This document shows, piece after piece, positions 10,143 to 21,002 of a stretch of DNA of 64,000 nt (position 1 is the stretch's first letter; every line of letters starts with the position of its first letter). The stretch is from the NCBI GenBank assembly GCA_963707955.1, contig OY970176.1:32001-96000 (forward strand). Direction: 5' to 3'. Below the pieces are notes generated by a model. The model saw only the letters and a list, made by a program, of their open reading frames with translations, was not told where the DNA came from and did no database searches. Both the position numbers and the translations under genes were made by a program. Source of the stretch: Candidatus Bathyarchaeota archaeon (GTDB lineage: Archaea; Thermoproteota; Bathyarchaeia; Bathyarchaeales; Bathycorpusculaceae).

Positions 10143-10622
10143 TTGGCTTCCAAAACGAAGATTGACGAAATTGACGTGAACGTTATTCGAGCTTTGCAGG
10201 AAGACGCGCGCACGAACTTTGCAGACATTGCTAAGGGTTGCAAGGTATCTGTGGATACGATAAGCAAGAGGTTTGGGAGGTTGAGGAGAACCGGTGTTGT
10301 CAGAGGAACAACGATACTGTTGAACCCTAAGAGTTTTGGCTGTGATTGTGTTGCGAGCTTTGGCATTCGCGTTGAGTATCCTCACGTTGAGGATGTCGTG
10401 GACTTTATCGAAAGGATGCCAGGAGTGGTTTTCTGCAGTCCATCTATGGGCAGACACAACATATTCGCGATAGCAGTGCTGGAAAACGTTGGCAGATTGG
10501 GGCAACTGAAGGAGTCGATACAAGGCCATCCCATGGTTAGGGAGGTGGCCACCAGCATCTGGGTCGATGAGATACTATTGTGTCCAAAGAACTTTGAATT
10601 CGAACAGCTAAGGAAGAAGTGA
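10143..10622 (+). CDS. Lrp/AsnC family regulator
   Basis: IDEIDVNVIRALQEDAR HTH followed by RAM domain. Confidence 0.9.
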   Translation: MASKTKIDEIDVNVIRALQEDARTNFADIAKGCKVSVDTISKRFGRLRRTGVVRGTTILLNPKSFGCDCVASFGIRVEYPHVEDVVDFIERMPGVVFCSPSMGRHNIFAIAVLENVGRLGQLKESIQGHPMVREVATSIWVDEILLCPKNFEFEQLRKK

Positions 10623-10628
10623 CAAGGA

Positions 10629-11102
10629 TTGGACAAAATAGACGTTGCCATAATTGATAAGCTTACTGAGGATGCTCGCATGTCTTTCAGGAAGATTGCT
10701 AGGGAACTGGGTGTCTCACCTGACACGGTGGTGCACAGATACACCGCGCTGCAGAAAGAGGGAGCGATTCGCGGGTCCACGATCGTGATCGACCCCCGGA
10801 AGATTGGATACAAAGCAATGGCCGTGTTTGTGATCGACACCTCGCCTACGCACATACTGCCGCGTCAAAACAATCCTCCTGATTCATCGATGATCCTGGA
10901 CAGGCTGATTCATATGCCTAACATAATTGTGGCTGCGAAGAGTGTTGGAGACCACGATCTACTCGCTATCAGCGTGGTGATGAGTTTCGAGCATTTAATC
11001 AAGGTAAGAGATGATATCGCAAGAATACCTGGGGTCAAAGACCTTCAGGCGTCTTTCTGGGTTGAAGAAATGGAGATCTGCCCCAAATACTTCATCGTTT
11101 GA
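10629..11102 (+). CDS. Lrp/AsnC family regulator
   Basis: DKIDVAIIDKLTEDARMSF HTH; tandem paralog. Confidence 0.9.
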   Translation: MDKIDVAIIDKLTEDARMSFRKIARELGVSPDTVVHRYTALQKEGAIRGSTIVIDPRKIGYKAMAVFVIDTSPTHILPRQNNPPDSSMILDRLIHMPNIIVAAKSVGDHDLLAISVVMSFEHLIKVRDDIARIPGVKDLQASFWVEEMEICPKYFIV

Positions 11103-11333
11103 CCGCGCCGTGGTACCTTTTTATTCTGCAATGCGGGAAAAGCCCGCGTTTCTCAACCATGGGCTCAAAAGATTATTTTCTGCCAGAGTCTAAGAGAGGA
11201 GACGATTGCTTCTTTGCAATGGCGGGGGCTATGGATGATTTTTGTACGGAAAATCTGTTCTCCAACCGTGAGAGGAAAGAATGATCTGAAGAGGAATCAG
11301 AAATATATCGGGATCAGTTACGTGACAAGCGCG

Positions 11334-11861
11334 TTAGGACTTCTTTGTTGTTTCTTGTACGGCTTCTTGGAAGAGTTTCTTCACCGCTGTGATTCTTGCC
11401 TTCTGTGCCAGGACGTCGCTCGTGACGAGGTCTAGGGCTTCTTCTGGGCACCATTTGATGCATTGGGGCTCGCCTTTTTCTTTGCACAAGTCGCAGATGT
11501 AGACTACTTTGTTGTCTGGGTGCAGCATGATTGCGCCGTAGTCGCATGCTTCGATGCACCATCCGCAGCCGTTGCACTTGTCTTTGTCCACGGAAACGAG
11601 TCCTGTTTCTTCTGACTGAGTGAGTGCCTCTCTTGGGCATGCGTGAACGCAGGGCGGGTCTTCGCAGAGTCTGCACGTGACTGCCATGTTTATCAGCTGG
11701 TTTATCCTGACGACGCGTATTCTGGATTTCAACGGGTTGAAGGCTTTTTCCTTCGTCCATGAGCAGATGTACTCGCACACTTGGCATCCTACGCACTTGT
11801 CCGGGTCTGCTGAAACGAATTTTCTATCATGAATCTTCACCATGGTTTTTCCTCCGGTCAC
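11334..11861 (-). CDS. 4Fe-4S dicluster electron-transfer protein (AOR partner)
   Basis: Four CxxCxxC...CP cluster motifs. Confidence 0.9.
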   Translation of the reverse strand: MTGGKTMVKIHDRKFVSADPDKCVGCQVCEYICSWTKEKAFNPLKSRIRVVRINQLINMAVTCRLCEDPPCVHACPREALTQSEETGLVSVDKDKCNGCGWCIEACDYGAIMLHPDNKVVYICDLCKEKGEPQCIKWCPEEALDLVTSDVLAQKARITAVKKLFQEAVQETTKKS

Positions 11862-13705
11862 TTCTGAACTATGGGTGTTAGGTCTTCCATCCCAAGTTCC
11901 TTGAGCTTCTCCACTGTGGGTACTCCCTGCTTTGTCCAGCCGCGGGCTTCATAATAATCTTCGAGAAGCAGGTCCAGCTCCGCTTGAGTGAAGACGGCTC
12001 CTTTTGACGGGCCCTCGTCTGGGATCGGCATGTGCATAACCTTGTACGGCAACGTGTCGTCCTTCCTGCCCAGTCCTTCTCTTATGTTGAACAGTCTGCC
12101 GAGGTTGTTTATCCTTTCACCCGCACGCCTGAGTTCTTCCGGCGTCATAGGGTAACCCGTGACGACGCTGTAGAGTTTAGCCATGTCCTCCCACTCCTTG
12201 TAGTAGGTGCCCCTTGAGAACTTGCACACGACCAGCGAGTCGATGACCGCATACGAGTCTTCCATGCCCATCACCATCTTCCCCCTGCCCTTCTCGGCGA
12301 TCAATCGATTGACTTTTCCCTTCACGTCGAACGCGTAGGCCCCGTGTCTGTTGTGGTCTGCTCCACGGAACGAAACTGCGAAACCCAGCGCGGCCGTCTT
12401 CAGGCATCTCAGGTCGTAACCCGTCACTTCCACGCCTTTAATGTGTGCAGCCAGCTTCTCTGAGCCTTGGCCGATCTTTTCTGAGGCGACTTTGACCCCG
12501 TCGGCCAACACTTCGCCTATGCCCTCGCGTTTGCCTATCTTCTCGACGAGCTGAACCATCGCTTCATGGTTACCGAAGTGAGCGTCTATCCCGCCGAGGT
12601 CCTTCTCGGTCAGTATGCCATGCTCGTAGCAGTCCATGGCGAAGCCCGCGATAACGCCGGCGCTAATCGCGTCTACGCCGTAGTAGTTTGAGAGTTCCAT
12701 CCCCTTTATTATCGCGTCAAGGCGGTCCACACCGCAGTACGGTCCGAGCGCCCACAGGGTCTCGTACTCCATCCGCGTCATCGTGTTCTTGTACGGACCC
12801 TCTGCGACGACGCACATGTGTTCACACCGCATCGCACAGGAGCTGCATCCTATGATCTTCGCGACGTATTTCTCGTTCAGGCACTCTCCGCTGACTTTCT
12901 CTGCACCCTCGAAGGATGCGTTGTTGTAGTTCCTCGTGGGCATACAAGCCAAGGAGTTGTGCACGAGAACATTCTCCACAGTGCCCAAAGTGCGGTACTT
13001 CTGCGCCGCTGGACCCTTCATTCTCTCGTGAAACTCTTTGACCATCTCCATAAACTCGTCAGGCTTAGCCACCGTGATGTCATGCGTGCCACGGGCGGCG
13101 ATTGCCTTCAGGTTCTTTGACCCCATGATTGCGCCTAGTCCAGTTCTTCCACAGGCTCTGGTCTTGTCATTCATGATGCACGCGATGCGCGAGAGTTTCT
13201 CGCCGGCGACGCCTATCGCGGCAACGCGGATGTAGTAGTCTCCCAGTTCTTCTCTTATTGCGTCCTCTGTTTCGGCCGGCGACTTGCCCATCAGACGTGA
13301 AGCGTCCAGAATCTGGACAGCGTCATCGTCAATCCAAATGTAGACTGGTTTTTCAGCCTTGCCCTTGATTATTACGCCGTCGTATCCGGCTCTTTTCAAC
13401 TCTGTTCCGAAGGTGCCGTGGGCCTTGGACTCGCCGACGCCGTAACTTGCTGGCGACTTTGAGACGAAGGCGTGTCCGTTTCCGCCCGTGGGCCACATTG
13501 TGCCTGCTATTGACCCAGTCGTCAAGATCAGCGGGTTTTCAGGGCTGAACGGTTCCACTCCGGGTTTAGAGTTGTCTAACCACAGGCGCATGCCTAAGCC
13601 TATTCCGCCGATGTATTTCTTGGCGTACTCTTCGTTCAAAGGCTCAACATGGGTTTTTCCTGAGGTTAAGTCAATATGAAGCATTCGACCAGCGTATCCT
13701 AACAA
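11858..13705 (-). CDS. aor: Tungsten-type aldehyde:ferredoxin oxidoreductase
   Basis: GYAGRMLHIDL, KSP, GRTGLGAIMGSKNLKAI, EYET and YYEARGW motifs; TTG start after GGAGG. Confidence 0.92.
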   Translation of the reverse strand: MLGYAGRMLHIDLTSGKTHVEPLNEEYAKKYIGGIGLGMRLWLDNSKPGVEPFSPENPLILTTGSIAGTMWPTGGNGHAFVSKSPASYGVGESKAHGTFGTELKRAGYDGVIIKGKAEKPVYIWIDDDAVQILDASRLMGKSPAETEDAIREELGDYYIRVAAIGVAGEKLSRIACIMNDKTRACGRTGLGAIMGSKNLKAIAARGTHDITVAKPDEFMEMVKEFHERMKGPAAQKYRTLGTVENVLVHNSLACMPTRNYNNASFEGAEKVSGECLNEKYVAKIIGCSSCAMRCEHMCVVAEGPYKNTMTRMEYETLWALGPYCGVDRLDAIIKGMELSNYYGVDAISAGVIAGFAMDCYEHGILTEKDLGGIDAHFGNHEAMVQLVEKIGKREGIGEVLADGVKVASEKIGQGSEKLAAHIKGVEVTGYDLRCLKTAALGFAVSFRGADHNRHGAYAFDVKGKVNRLIAEKGRGKMVMGMEDSYAVIDSLVVCKFSRGTYYKEWEDMAKLYSVVTGYPMTPEELRRAGERINNLGRLFNIREGLGRKDDTLPYKVMHMPIPDEGPSKGAVFTQAELDLLLEDYYEARGWTKQGVPTVEKLKELGMEDLTPIVQK

Positions 13706-13866
13706 TGTTTCCTCCACCTTGCTGTTTGTAAAGGAACGATGCGCGGTTGATATTAATTTATCGATTTGCAAACGAGAATCTGCATGGAGAGAAGCTAGAG
13801 CAGGTGAGAAGCCGGGAAGCACGTTAAGAAATGCGTGCTAAGAAAGTCGCGAGGTTTCCTAGGGCC

Positions 13867-15441
13867 CTACGTTGCTTCTTTGATGAGTTCGAGGATGTCT
13901 TTCACGGCAATCTTGTTTTCGACGTCCAGCACTTTCACTGCGTCTTCAAGAGTTGTCACGCAGTAGGGACATGCAACGGCCACGGTGTCAACGCCGAGTT
14001 CAAGCGCTTCCCGAAGTCTGTTCGTGCTCGGCCTCTTCTCGGTCACCGCGTCTTCTGTCCAGACTCTCCCTGCTCCTCCGCCGCAGCAGAAGCTGCTCTG
14101 TCTTGTTCTCTTCATCTCAACAAGCTTGATACCGTCTATTGATCGCAAGATCTGTCTTGGCGCGTCGAACACGTCGTTGCGCTTGCCCAGGAAGCATGGG
14201 TCATGGTAGGCAACAGTTTTCTTCACCGGCTTGCCGAGTTTGATCTTGCCGTCGTTTATTGCTTCGGCCAAGAATTGTGTGTAGTGCTGAACGTTGAGGT
14301 TGGCGTCTTTGTATGGTTTGTCGTTCTTGAAAGTGTTGAAGCAGTGCGGTGATAGCGTCACAATCTTTTCAGCGTCGAGCTTGTTGAACATGGAGATGTT
14401 GTGTTCGGCCAGTTCTTCGAAGAGTCCTTTCTCGCCCAATCGCAGCATGTGGTCTCCGCAGCACCACTCTTCGGTGCCCAGTGTTGCGAAGGACAGGCCC
14501 ATGCTGTTGAACACTCCGGCCATGTTTCTGGCGGCTTCTTGGTTTCTCAAGTCGTAGACGTTTGAGCAGCAGACGAAGAAGAGGACATCGGCTTTCGTGA
14601 CTGTTGGGTAGGTTTTTACGTTGAGGTCTTTTGCCCAGTCCATTCTTTTTGTCTGTGGTGTGCTCATTGGGTTGTGGTATTTGTAGACGCTCTCAAGTAC
14701 GTTTTTGACGGTTCTGGGTATGTTGCTGTTCTCAACGAGAAGGTTGTGGTCGTCGACTATCGCGTCGGCGCAGCTTAGTTTCTTGGGACAGAAAAGCGTG
14801 CAAGAATTGCACTGGGTGCACAGCCAAACGTTGTCTGCCATCGGCTTCAAGCGTTCATCAGTGCCTTGATCCCTTGAATCTGCTACGAACCGATAGTTCG
14901 AGGTCAAAGCCGAGGGGCCTAAGAACTTCTCGTCTATGATCGCGGGGCATGCTGAGTTGCAGATGGAACATTTTATGCAGAGCGTTAGGTCCCAGTACTT
15001 CTTGAGGTCGGCTGGAGACTGGGCAAATTCGTTTGGTTTTTTCAGCTCGTCTCCTGGTTTGATCAGGTAAGGTTTTATCCTCTTGTACGTGTCGAAGAAA
15101 GGCTGCATATCGACTACCAAGTCTTTTATGACCGGCGCGTTCGAGAGCGGTTCGATGAGTAACGAGTCTGCACCGAGGTCGAGAATCTGCGTGTAGCATG
15201 CCAGCATGGGTTTTCCGTTGACGTTGATGGCGCAGTCTCCGCATATGCCCATTCTGCACGACTGTCTGAAAGTGAGTGATTCGTCCAGATTGTCCTTAAT
15301 GTAGAGAAGAGCGTCCAGCAGCGTTGTTCCTTTTCGAACTGGAACCTTGAACGTTGAAGTGTACCTTCTCTTTTGCGTAGGATCAAAACGGTTTATCTTA
15401 AACTCGACAGTTTTCTCAACGTGTGTACTCATCAAACTCAC
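13867..15441 (-). CDS. Fumarate reductase/succinate dehydrogenase Fe-S subunit fused to CCG (HdrB/D-like) domains, TfrB-like
   Basis: SCRMGICGDC 2Fe-2S, two 4Fe-4S motifs, then CCG, YHDPC, CCGGG and CPYC. Confidence 0.85.
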   Translation of the reverse strand: MSLMSTHVEKTVEFKINRFDPTQKRRYTSTFKVPVRKGTTLLDALLYIKDNLDESLTFRQSCRMGICGDCAINVNGKPMLACYTQILDLGADSLLIEPLSNAPVIKDLVVDMQPFFDTYKRIKPYLIKPGDELKKPNEFAQSPADLKKYWDLTLCIKCSICNSACPAIIDEKFLGPSALTSNYRFVADSRDQGTDERLKPMADNVWLCTQCNSCTLFCPKKLSCADAIVDDHNLLVENSNIPRTVKNVLESVYKYHNPMSTPQTKRMDWAKDLNVKTYPTVTKADVLFFVCCSNVYDLRNQEAARNMAGVFNSMGLSFATLGTEEWCCGDHMLRLGEKGLFEELAEHNISMFNKLDAEKIVTLSPHCFNTFKNDKPYKDANLNVQHYTQFLAEAINDGKIKLGKPVKKTVAYHDPCFLGKRNDVFDAPRQILRSIDGIKLVEMKRTRQSSFCCGGGAGRVWTEDAVTEKRPSTNRLREALELGVDTVAVACPYCVTTLEDAVKVLDVENKIAVKDILELIKEAT

Positions 15442-15445
15442 CCTT

Positions 15446-17156
15446 CTAGTAGGTTCGCGCCGCGGGCGGCCACCTTGTGATAGTGACTGGCGAGTACTCT
15501 AGTCGCGGTCCATCTTTCGTGTAGTACGCCAGTGTGTGTTTCAGCCATTTTTCGTCGTCACGCTTTGGATAATCGGTCCTCGAGTGGGCTCCGCGCGACT
15601 CGTTTCTTGGAAGAGCTCCGACAAAAGTGACCTCGGCTAGCTCCAGCATGAAGTCCAGCTGCAGGGCATTCAGCATGCCAGTGTTGAATTGTCTGCCCTT
15701 GTCTTTCACCTTTATTCTTTTGAATCTCTGCTTCAGCTGTCTTATTTCTTTCAGGCCGTTTTCAAGCTGGTCACCTCTTCGGTAGATCCAGGCTTTCTCA
15801 TTCATCGTGCGCCTCATCTCATCCCTTATTTTGGGCACACTTTCACTGCCCTCGCTTCCCAGTATCCCATCAAAAACCCGCTTTTCTTCTGCCATAAGCC
15901 TTTCATGTTGAATCTCGTGCACACCGTTTCTCAGGGCATGCATGGCAGCTTCCTCGCCTGACACGGCTCCGAAGACTAGGCATTCACTTGTCGAGTTTGT
16001 TCCCAGCCTGTTTGCTCCGTGTATGCTCAGACAGGAGCATTCTCCGGAAGCGTACAATCCAGAAATCGGCGTTTCGGTTCTTATGTTAGCTTTGATTCCT
16101 CCCATCGAGTAGTGAGCCGCGGGTCTGATAGGTATCAACTCCTTTACAGGGTCTACACCGCCGAGTTTCATTGCAACGTCTCGGATCAGCGGCAATCTTA
16201 AGTTGATTTTTTCTTCACCCAAGTGTCTCAGGTCTATTGCTATGTAGGGCCCGTGAGGTCCCTGCAGACCTCTTCCTTCCAGGATTTCCGTCTGCTCAGC
16301 CCTTGAAACAACGTCGCGTGGGGCGAGCTCCATCTTTTCCGGCGCATAACGTTTCATGAAACGCTCGCCCTTCGAGTTGACCAAGTAGCCTCCTTCGCCA
16401 CGGGTCTCCTTCGGTTATCAGCACGCCAGAGGGAACCAAGCCTGTCGGATGAAACTGCACAAATTCCATGTCTTCCAGTGGTGCCCCGGCACGATAGGCC
16501 ATTGCCATTCCGTCGCCGGTTGTTGTGTGTGAAAAAGTGGTGAACTCATAGATGCGTTCGTGACCTCCGGTTGCCATCACGATCGATTTGGCATTGAACG
16601 CGTGCATTTCCCCGCTTTTCATCTCTATGGCCGTCAACCCTGCTGCCCTGTCGTTCTCGACTATGAGCGAGGTGGCGAACCACTCGTCGTAGAACCTGAT
16701 GTTCGGGTATGACGTTGCTTTTCCATACAACGCGTGCATCTCGTGGAATCCGGTCATGTCCGCTGCAAAGCATGCTCGTGGAAACGTGTGACCACCGAAC
16801 GCTCTTTGGTCTATCTTCCCGTCTGGGGTTCGGCTCCATGGGCATCCCCAGTGTTCAGTGAGGACTATTTCTCTTGGAGCCTGTTTTACAAAGGACTCTA
16901 CGACATCTTGGTCTGCTAGGTAATCAGCGCCTTTCACCGTGTCGAAAGCGTGCAGGTCAAACGAGTCCTTTTCACGCATCGCCGCTGCGGTTCCACCCTG
17001 CGCGCACACCGAGTGTGAACGTATCGGGTGGTGCTTTGAGATTACGGCTATATCCAGTTTGTCGCTGACCTCAGCGGCAGCCACCGCAGCTCTAAGACCG
17101 GCTAGGCCGGCTCCGATTATGGCTACGTCGTGAGTGAGTTTTTCCATGCCGTTCAC
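15446..17156 (-). pseudogene. Fumarate reductase/SDH flavoprotein (TfrA/SdhA-like) split by a 1-nt frameshift; pseudogene or sequencing error
   Basis: GAGLAG, RSHSVCAQGG, QFHPTG, HYSMGG and HGANRLG motifs; removing one base at ~16405 restores ITEGARGEGGYLVN. Confidence 0.85.
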
Positions 17157-17484
17157 CTGGTTGGCAAGTAGTTAGGGATAAGGTAGACTTCTGACCTGCG
17201 CTTTATAGTTTTCCAAACTAGGTTCTGTTAACTCTTGTGGTCTTGCTTGAATAAGGGTTGTCCACGTTAACCGAAGAGCCTTTTTGCCAGACATGCGTGT
17301 GAGTCTCTAAACGGATTGTTTTCCTACGATAGCAGATTAGTTGACAGTTTCTAGGTGCATTCTGTTGACTCTTCGGAGCCTAAACAAGGAGAGCGCGCGC
17401 GCTCACCCGTCAAGTTACTAGAACCCTGCGAGCAAATACTTAAGTGCACGAACCTTAGAACGCATATCTAGAGGTGAATTCCGC

Positions 17485-17865
17485 GTGACATCTCATTACC
17501 TGAGGTGCAATGTGAACGGTTCATTCGAGAAGGTCTTCCAAGAATTGGGAGCGGAATTTGGGGACATATACGCAAGAAAGTTTGGGAAGGCCGGAGAATC
17601 TTTGACAGGAGTCATCTTGGGAGAACACTTTTTTTTCAGAGTTAAGAACGACGCAGCATTGTTAATCACTCTGGAAGAAGTCACGAGCACTGAGACGAGA
17701 CTCGAGATTATCGCATGCGCTGCAGGGTCTGGGCTTCTGGGAATATCCTACGGTGCCCACGACTCCTACGTTCACACGGTGGAAGATTTCCTTGCCAAAT
17801 CAGGCTTCACAGTGCAGGTTGAACAGGAGACCAGTTATTTCGACCGAAACACCCCACTTGGTTGA
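17485..17865 (+). CDS. Hypothetical protein
   Basis: 126-aa ORF with GAGGTG SD. Confidence 0.65.
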   Translation: MTSHYLRCNVNGSFEKVFQELGAEFGDIYARKFGKAGESLTGVILGEHFFFRVKNDAALLITLEEVTSTETRLEIIACAAGSGLLGISYGAHDSYVHTVEDFLAKSGFTVQVEQETSYFDRNTPLG

Positions 17866-18077
17866 GGCACAATAAAGTCTTTGCAGTTATTACCTATCAG
17901 TAGCCTGAAAACTATGGATCGAGATTTGCATGAAGGTATTCCATACTTCTATGCCGAGCCCATGAGAGTTTACGGAACCCTAAATCCTGACCCCAACGTG
18001 TTTATTCCTCATTATCGATTTTGTGTGTTTTACAAGATTTTTATACTCCCCTGTTCATCCTAGCTTGTGATGGTCTT

Positions 18078-19031
18078 ATGTTTGATGCTAAGAAATTCAT
18101 AGAAGGCACTGTTGAGGAGATAAGACGCAGGATAAAGGGCGTTGCTATTATCGGGGTTTCTGGCGGCGTTGACTCTACTGTTGCCGCGGTGTTGGTTAAC
18201 AGGGCCATTGGGAAGAGTCTGCGGTGTGTTTTGGTCGACACTGGCTACATGAGGAGGAATGAGATAGTCAACAATCAGAAATTGCTGGAGAAGCTGGGGT
18301 TAAATGTACTTGTTGTGGATGTGAAGGAACGGTTTTATGAAAAGTTGAAGGGTGTTGTTGACCCGGAGCAGAAGAGGAAGGTCATAGGTGAGCTTTTCAT
18401 AAGGGTCTTCGAGGAAGTTGCGAAGAAAGAGGATGCTAGATTCTTTGTTCAGGGCACGATTGCGCCAGACTGGATAGAGAGCGGAGGGGGACTCAGGGAC
18501 AGGATTAAGTCTCATCACAACGTTGGCGGTCTGCCCGAGAGGATAGAGTTTGAAATTGTTGAGCCGCTTAGAGACTTGTATAAGGATGAGGTCAGAATCG
18601 TTGGACAAACGCTGGGGTTGCCTAAGGATATTTATGAGAGACAGCCTTTTCCTGGTCCCGGGTTGGCCGTGAGGATTCTCGGCGAGGCTAGTCCGGACAG
18701 TGCGAGAATCGTGCGAGAAGCGTGCGCTATAGTCGAGGAGGAGATCGAGAATGCCGTCGCAAAAAATGAGATGAGTAGGCCCTGGCAGTACTTTGCTGTT
18801 CTGCTGCCCTGTAAGACCGTTGGTGTTCACGGTGACGTCAGGGTCTACAGAAGCATGGTCTCAGTCCGTGCTGTTGAAAGCCTAGACGGGATGAGCGCTG
18901 CTTACTCGAAGATTCCTCACGTGGTGTTGGAGAGAATATCCGTCAGAATAACAAACGCTTTAAAGGATGATGTTGGCAGGGTTGTTTTTGACGTTACGAA
19001 CAAGCCCCCGGGGACTATTGAGTATGAGTAA
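18078..19031 (+). CDS. guaAB: GMP synthase, ATP pyrophosphatase subunit B
   Basis: SGGVDS, IKSHHNVGG, PFPGPGL and KPPGTIEYE motifs. Confidence 0.95.
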   Translation: MFDAKKFIEGTVEEIRRRIKGVAIIGVSGGVDSTVAAVLVNRAIGKSLRCVLVDTGYMRRNEIVNNQKLLEKLGLNVLVVDVKERFYEKLKGVVDPEQKRKVIGELFIRVFEEVAKKEDARFFVQGTIAPDWIESGGGLRDRIKSHHNVGGLPERIEFEIVEPLRDLYKDEVRIVGQTLGLPKDIYERQPFPGPGLAVRILGEASPDSARIVREACAIVEEEIENAVAKNEMSRPWQYFAVLLPCKTVGVHGDVRVYRSMVSVRAVESLDGMSAAYSKIPHVVLERISVRITNALKDDVGRVVFDVTNKPPGTIEYE

Positions 19032-19599
19032 AACCGCGAGAGTCTACGTTATCGACAACGGTGGACAGTGGACTCACAGGATCTGGAGGGTTCTGCGAGA
19101 GATAGGATGCGAAACGAAGATCATTCCGAACACGACTCCCGTGAGCGAGATAGAAGCCGATGCGCTGGTTCTGAGCGGCGGCGCACCCCGAGTCGCGTGG
19201 GAATCTCCCAGACTGGGCAACTGCACTGACTATTTGAACGATTTTCACGGTCCGATAATGGGCATATGCGTTGGGCTTCAGTTGATGGCCATCCACTGCG
19301 GAGGCAAGGCCGGGCCGTCGAAGGTTCCAGAATACGGGTTGGCCAAGATCAGAGTCATCGAAGAGGATGACCTGTTCAAGGGACTGCCGAAAGAGTTCCT
19401 TGTTTGGGAGTCGCACAACGACGAGGTGAAAGATGCACCGGACTTTAGGGTTCTTGCGGTTTCAGATAACTGCAGCGTCCAGGCAGTTAAACACTTGGAG
19501 AGGCCCTACTATGGGGTTCAGTTCCATCCAGAAGTGAACAACACTGAGCATGGTGAAGAGATCTACAGGAATTTTGTAAGCATAGTCGAAACAAGATGA
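19024..19599 (+). CDS. guaAA: GMP synthase, glutamine amidotransferase subunit A
   Basis: DNGGQWTHRI, GICVG, SHNDEV and QFHPE motifs. Confidence 0.95.
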   Translation: MSKTARVYVIDNGGQWTHRIWRVLREIGCETKIIPNTTPVSEIEADALVLSGGAPRVAWESPRLGNCTDYLNDFHGPIMGICVGLQLMAIHCGGKAGPSKVPEYGLAKIRVIEEDDLFKGLPKEFLVWESHNDEVKDAPDFRVLAVSDNCSVQAVKHLERPYYGVQFHPEVNNTEHGEEIYRNFVSIVETR

Positions 19600-19876
19600 C
19601 AAATCGGAACTCATACTCCGATTTGAGTCGTCAAGAATTTCGGGAGATATCGCCTCGCGGGGCTGCGAGCCCTGGATTAGACCAAAACATTGAAATCTCA
19701 AGTTGACTGCTTCTAAAGTGGACTATGAAGAAATCGAGGTACGAGTACGCTTTTGCGGATGACATCTTTTTCCGCTGCTGAGTCCAAAAAAACCTTCACA
19801 CGTCAGATTGTAGTCAACAGTCGAGGCTCTGAAAGCAAGGATTTTGCAAACAAAGAAAGGGGATGGGAGAAAGATG

Positions 19877-20104
19877 TTAACGTTCTGGAGTTCCGCTGAT
19901 GTAGGCCCAAATGCTCACTAGGAAAACTGTTAGGCAAGCTCCGGCGAGTCCTGACAACAGATACCCTGCGCTGAGGAATGCGGGCAGCACTGCAGCGAGA
20001 GCTGGAATGGCATATGTGGCTGCGAGGTCTGCTATGACTCCTGCGAAGAATCCTAGGATTGCGATGAAGAGGAACATCTTTAGCCTTTCGCCCATTATTT
20101 TCAC
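19877..20104 (-). CDS. Small membrane protein
   Basis: Two hydrophobic helices. Confidence 0.6.
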   Translation of the reverse strand: MKIMGERLKMFLFIAILGFFAGVIADLAATYAIPALAAVLPAFLSAGYLLSGLAGACLTVFLVSIWAYISGTPER

Positions 20105-20322
20105 CTTTTGCTTACAATTGAATTCAAGCCGCTTTTTAGTCTAACTTACACTTTTCTGTCTATTCTCAGAAAAGCGGCAACATTGTCTTTTAGTTGGAAA
20201 ATTAAAGGCCAAAACCGCTCTGAACGGGACGTATAGCTCCACATATATCCGCGCATATTCTCACCATGTTAACAATGCATAAGCTGGTTTTATGCGACTT
20301 CTGTTTTTAGGAGGTAATTAAT

Positions 20323-20994
20323 TTGTCAGAAAGGTTTAGCAAGAAATGGGAATCGAGAAGAGAAGAACAACCGTTTCCGAACAAGCTCAAGGAGACAATA
20401 AGGCCACCTGGTCCTCTGAAGCCACGTTTAGACTTTGCTGTCAGACGTATTGATCTGCAAGTTCAGAAGCTCGATCAAGCTACAGACAGATTCGGCCAAA
20501 GAGACAAGACGATCTTTGCGAGAATAGTTGACGCTTACACCAAACACGACACTGCTCGCGCAAATGTCTTCGCCAACGAGTTAGCAGAGATACGAAAAAT
20601 GGAAAGGCTCATCATTAATGCCAGACTCGCGCTCGAACAGATCGTGTTAAGATTACGCACTGTGTCAGAACTAGGAGACGTAGTGTCCACACTGGGCCCA
20701 GCAGTCGGTGTCCTACGGTCAGTCAAGGCGGGACTCGTGAGCGTTTTTCCAGAGGCAGAGAGCGAACTTGGCGAGATAGGCAACTTGCTGAGTGGCATAA
20801 TGATGGAAGCTGGAACAAATTCAGGGATGACAATGGACTTCAACACGGTTAACGAAGACGCGGCCAAAATTCTCACAGAAGCATCGACAGTCGCAGAGCA
20901 GAGAATCAAGGAGAAGTTCCCAGACCTGCCACCAGGAATCCCAGGACTTCCAGCAGCCCCAGTAGGCGAGAAATCTTCGACAGAGACCTCATAG
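20323..20994 (+). CDS. ESCRT-III/Snf7 family protein (CdvB paralog)
   Basis: ANELAEIRK..ALEQIVLRL core; C-terminal FPDLP MIM2-like motif. Confidence 0.88.
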   Translation: MSERFSKKWESRREEQPFPNKLKETIRPPGPLKPRLDFAVRRIDLQVQKLDQATDRFGQRDKTIFARIVDAYTKHDTARANVFANELAEIRKMERLIINARLALEQIVLRLRTVSELGDVVSTLGPAVGVLRSVKAGLVSVFPEAESELGEIGNLLSGIMMEAGTNSGMTMDFNTVNEDAAKILTEASTVAEQRIKEKFPDLPPGIPGLPAAPVGEKSSTETS

Positions 20995-21002
20995 AACAGG
21001 GG

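Noticed and set aside
9957-10855. Long antisense ORFs opposite the Lrp genes, and similar shadow ORFs across the window
   Set aside because: They overlap well-supported genes on the opposite strand and show no motifs.
16395-16415. Programmed ribosomal frameshift in the flavoprotein gene
   Set aside because: No slippery heptamer or evident stimulatory structure; a single-base insertion or sequencing error is simpler.
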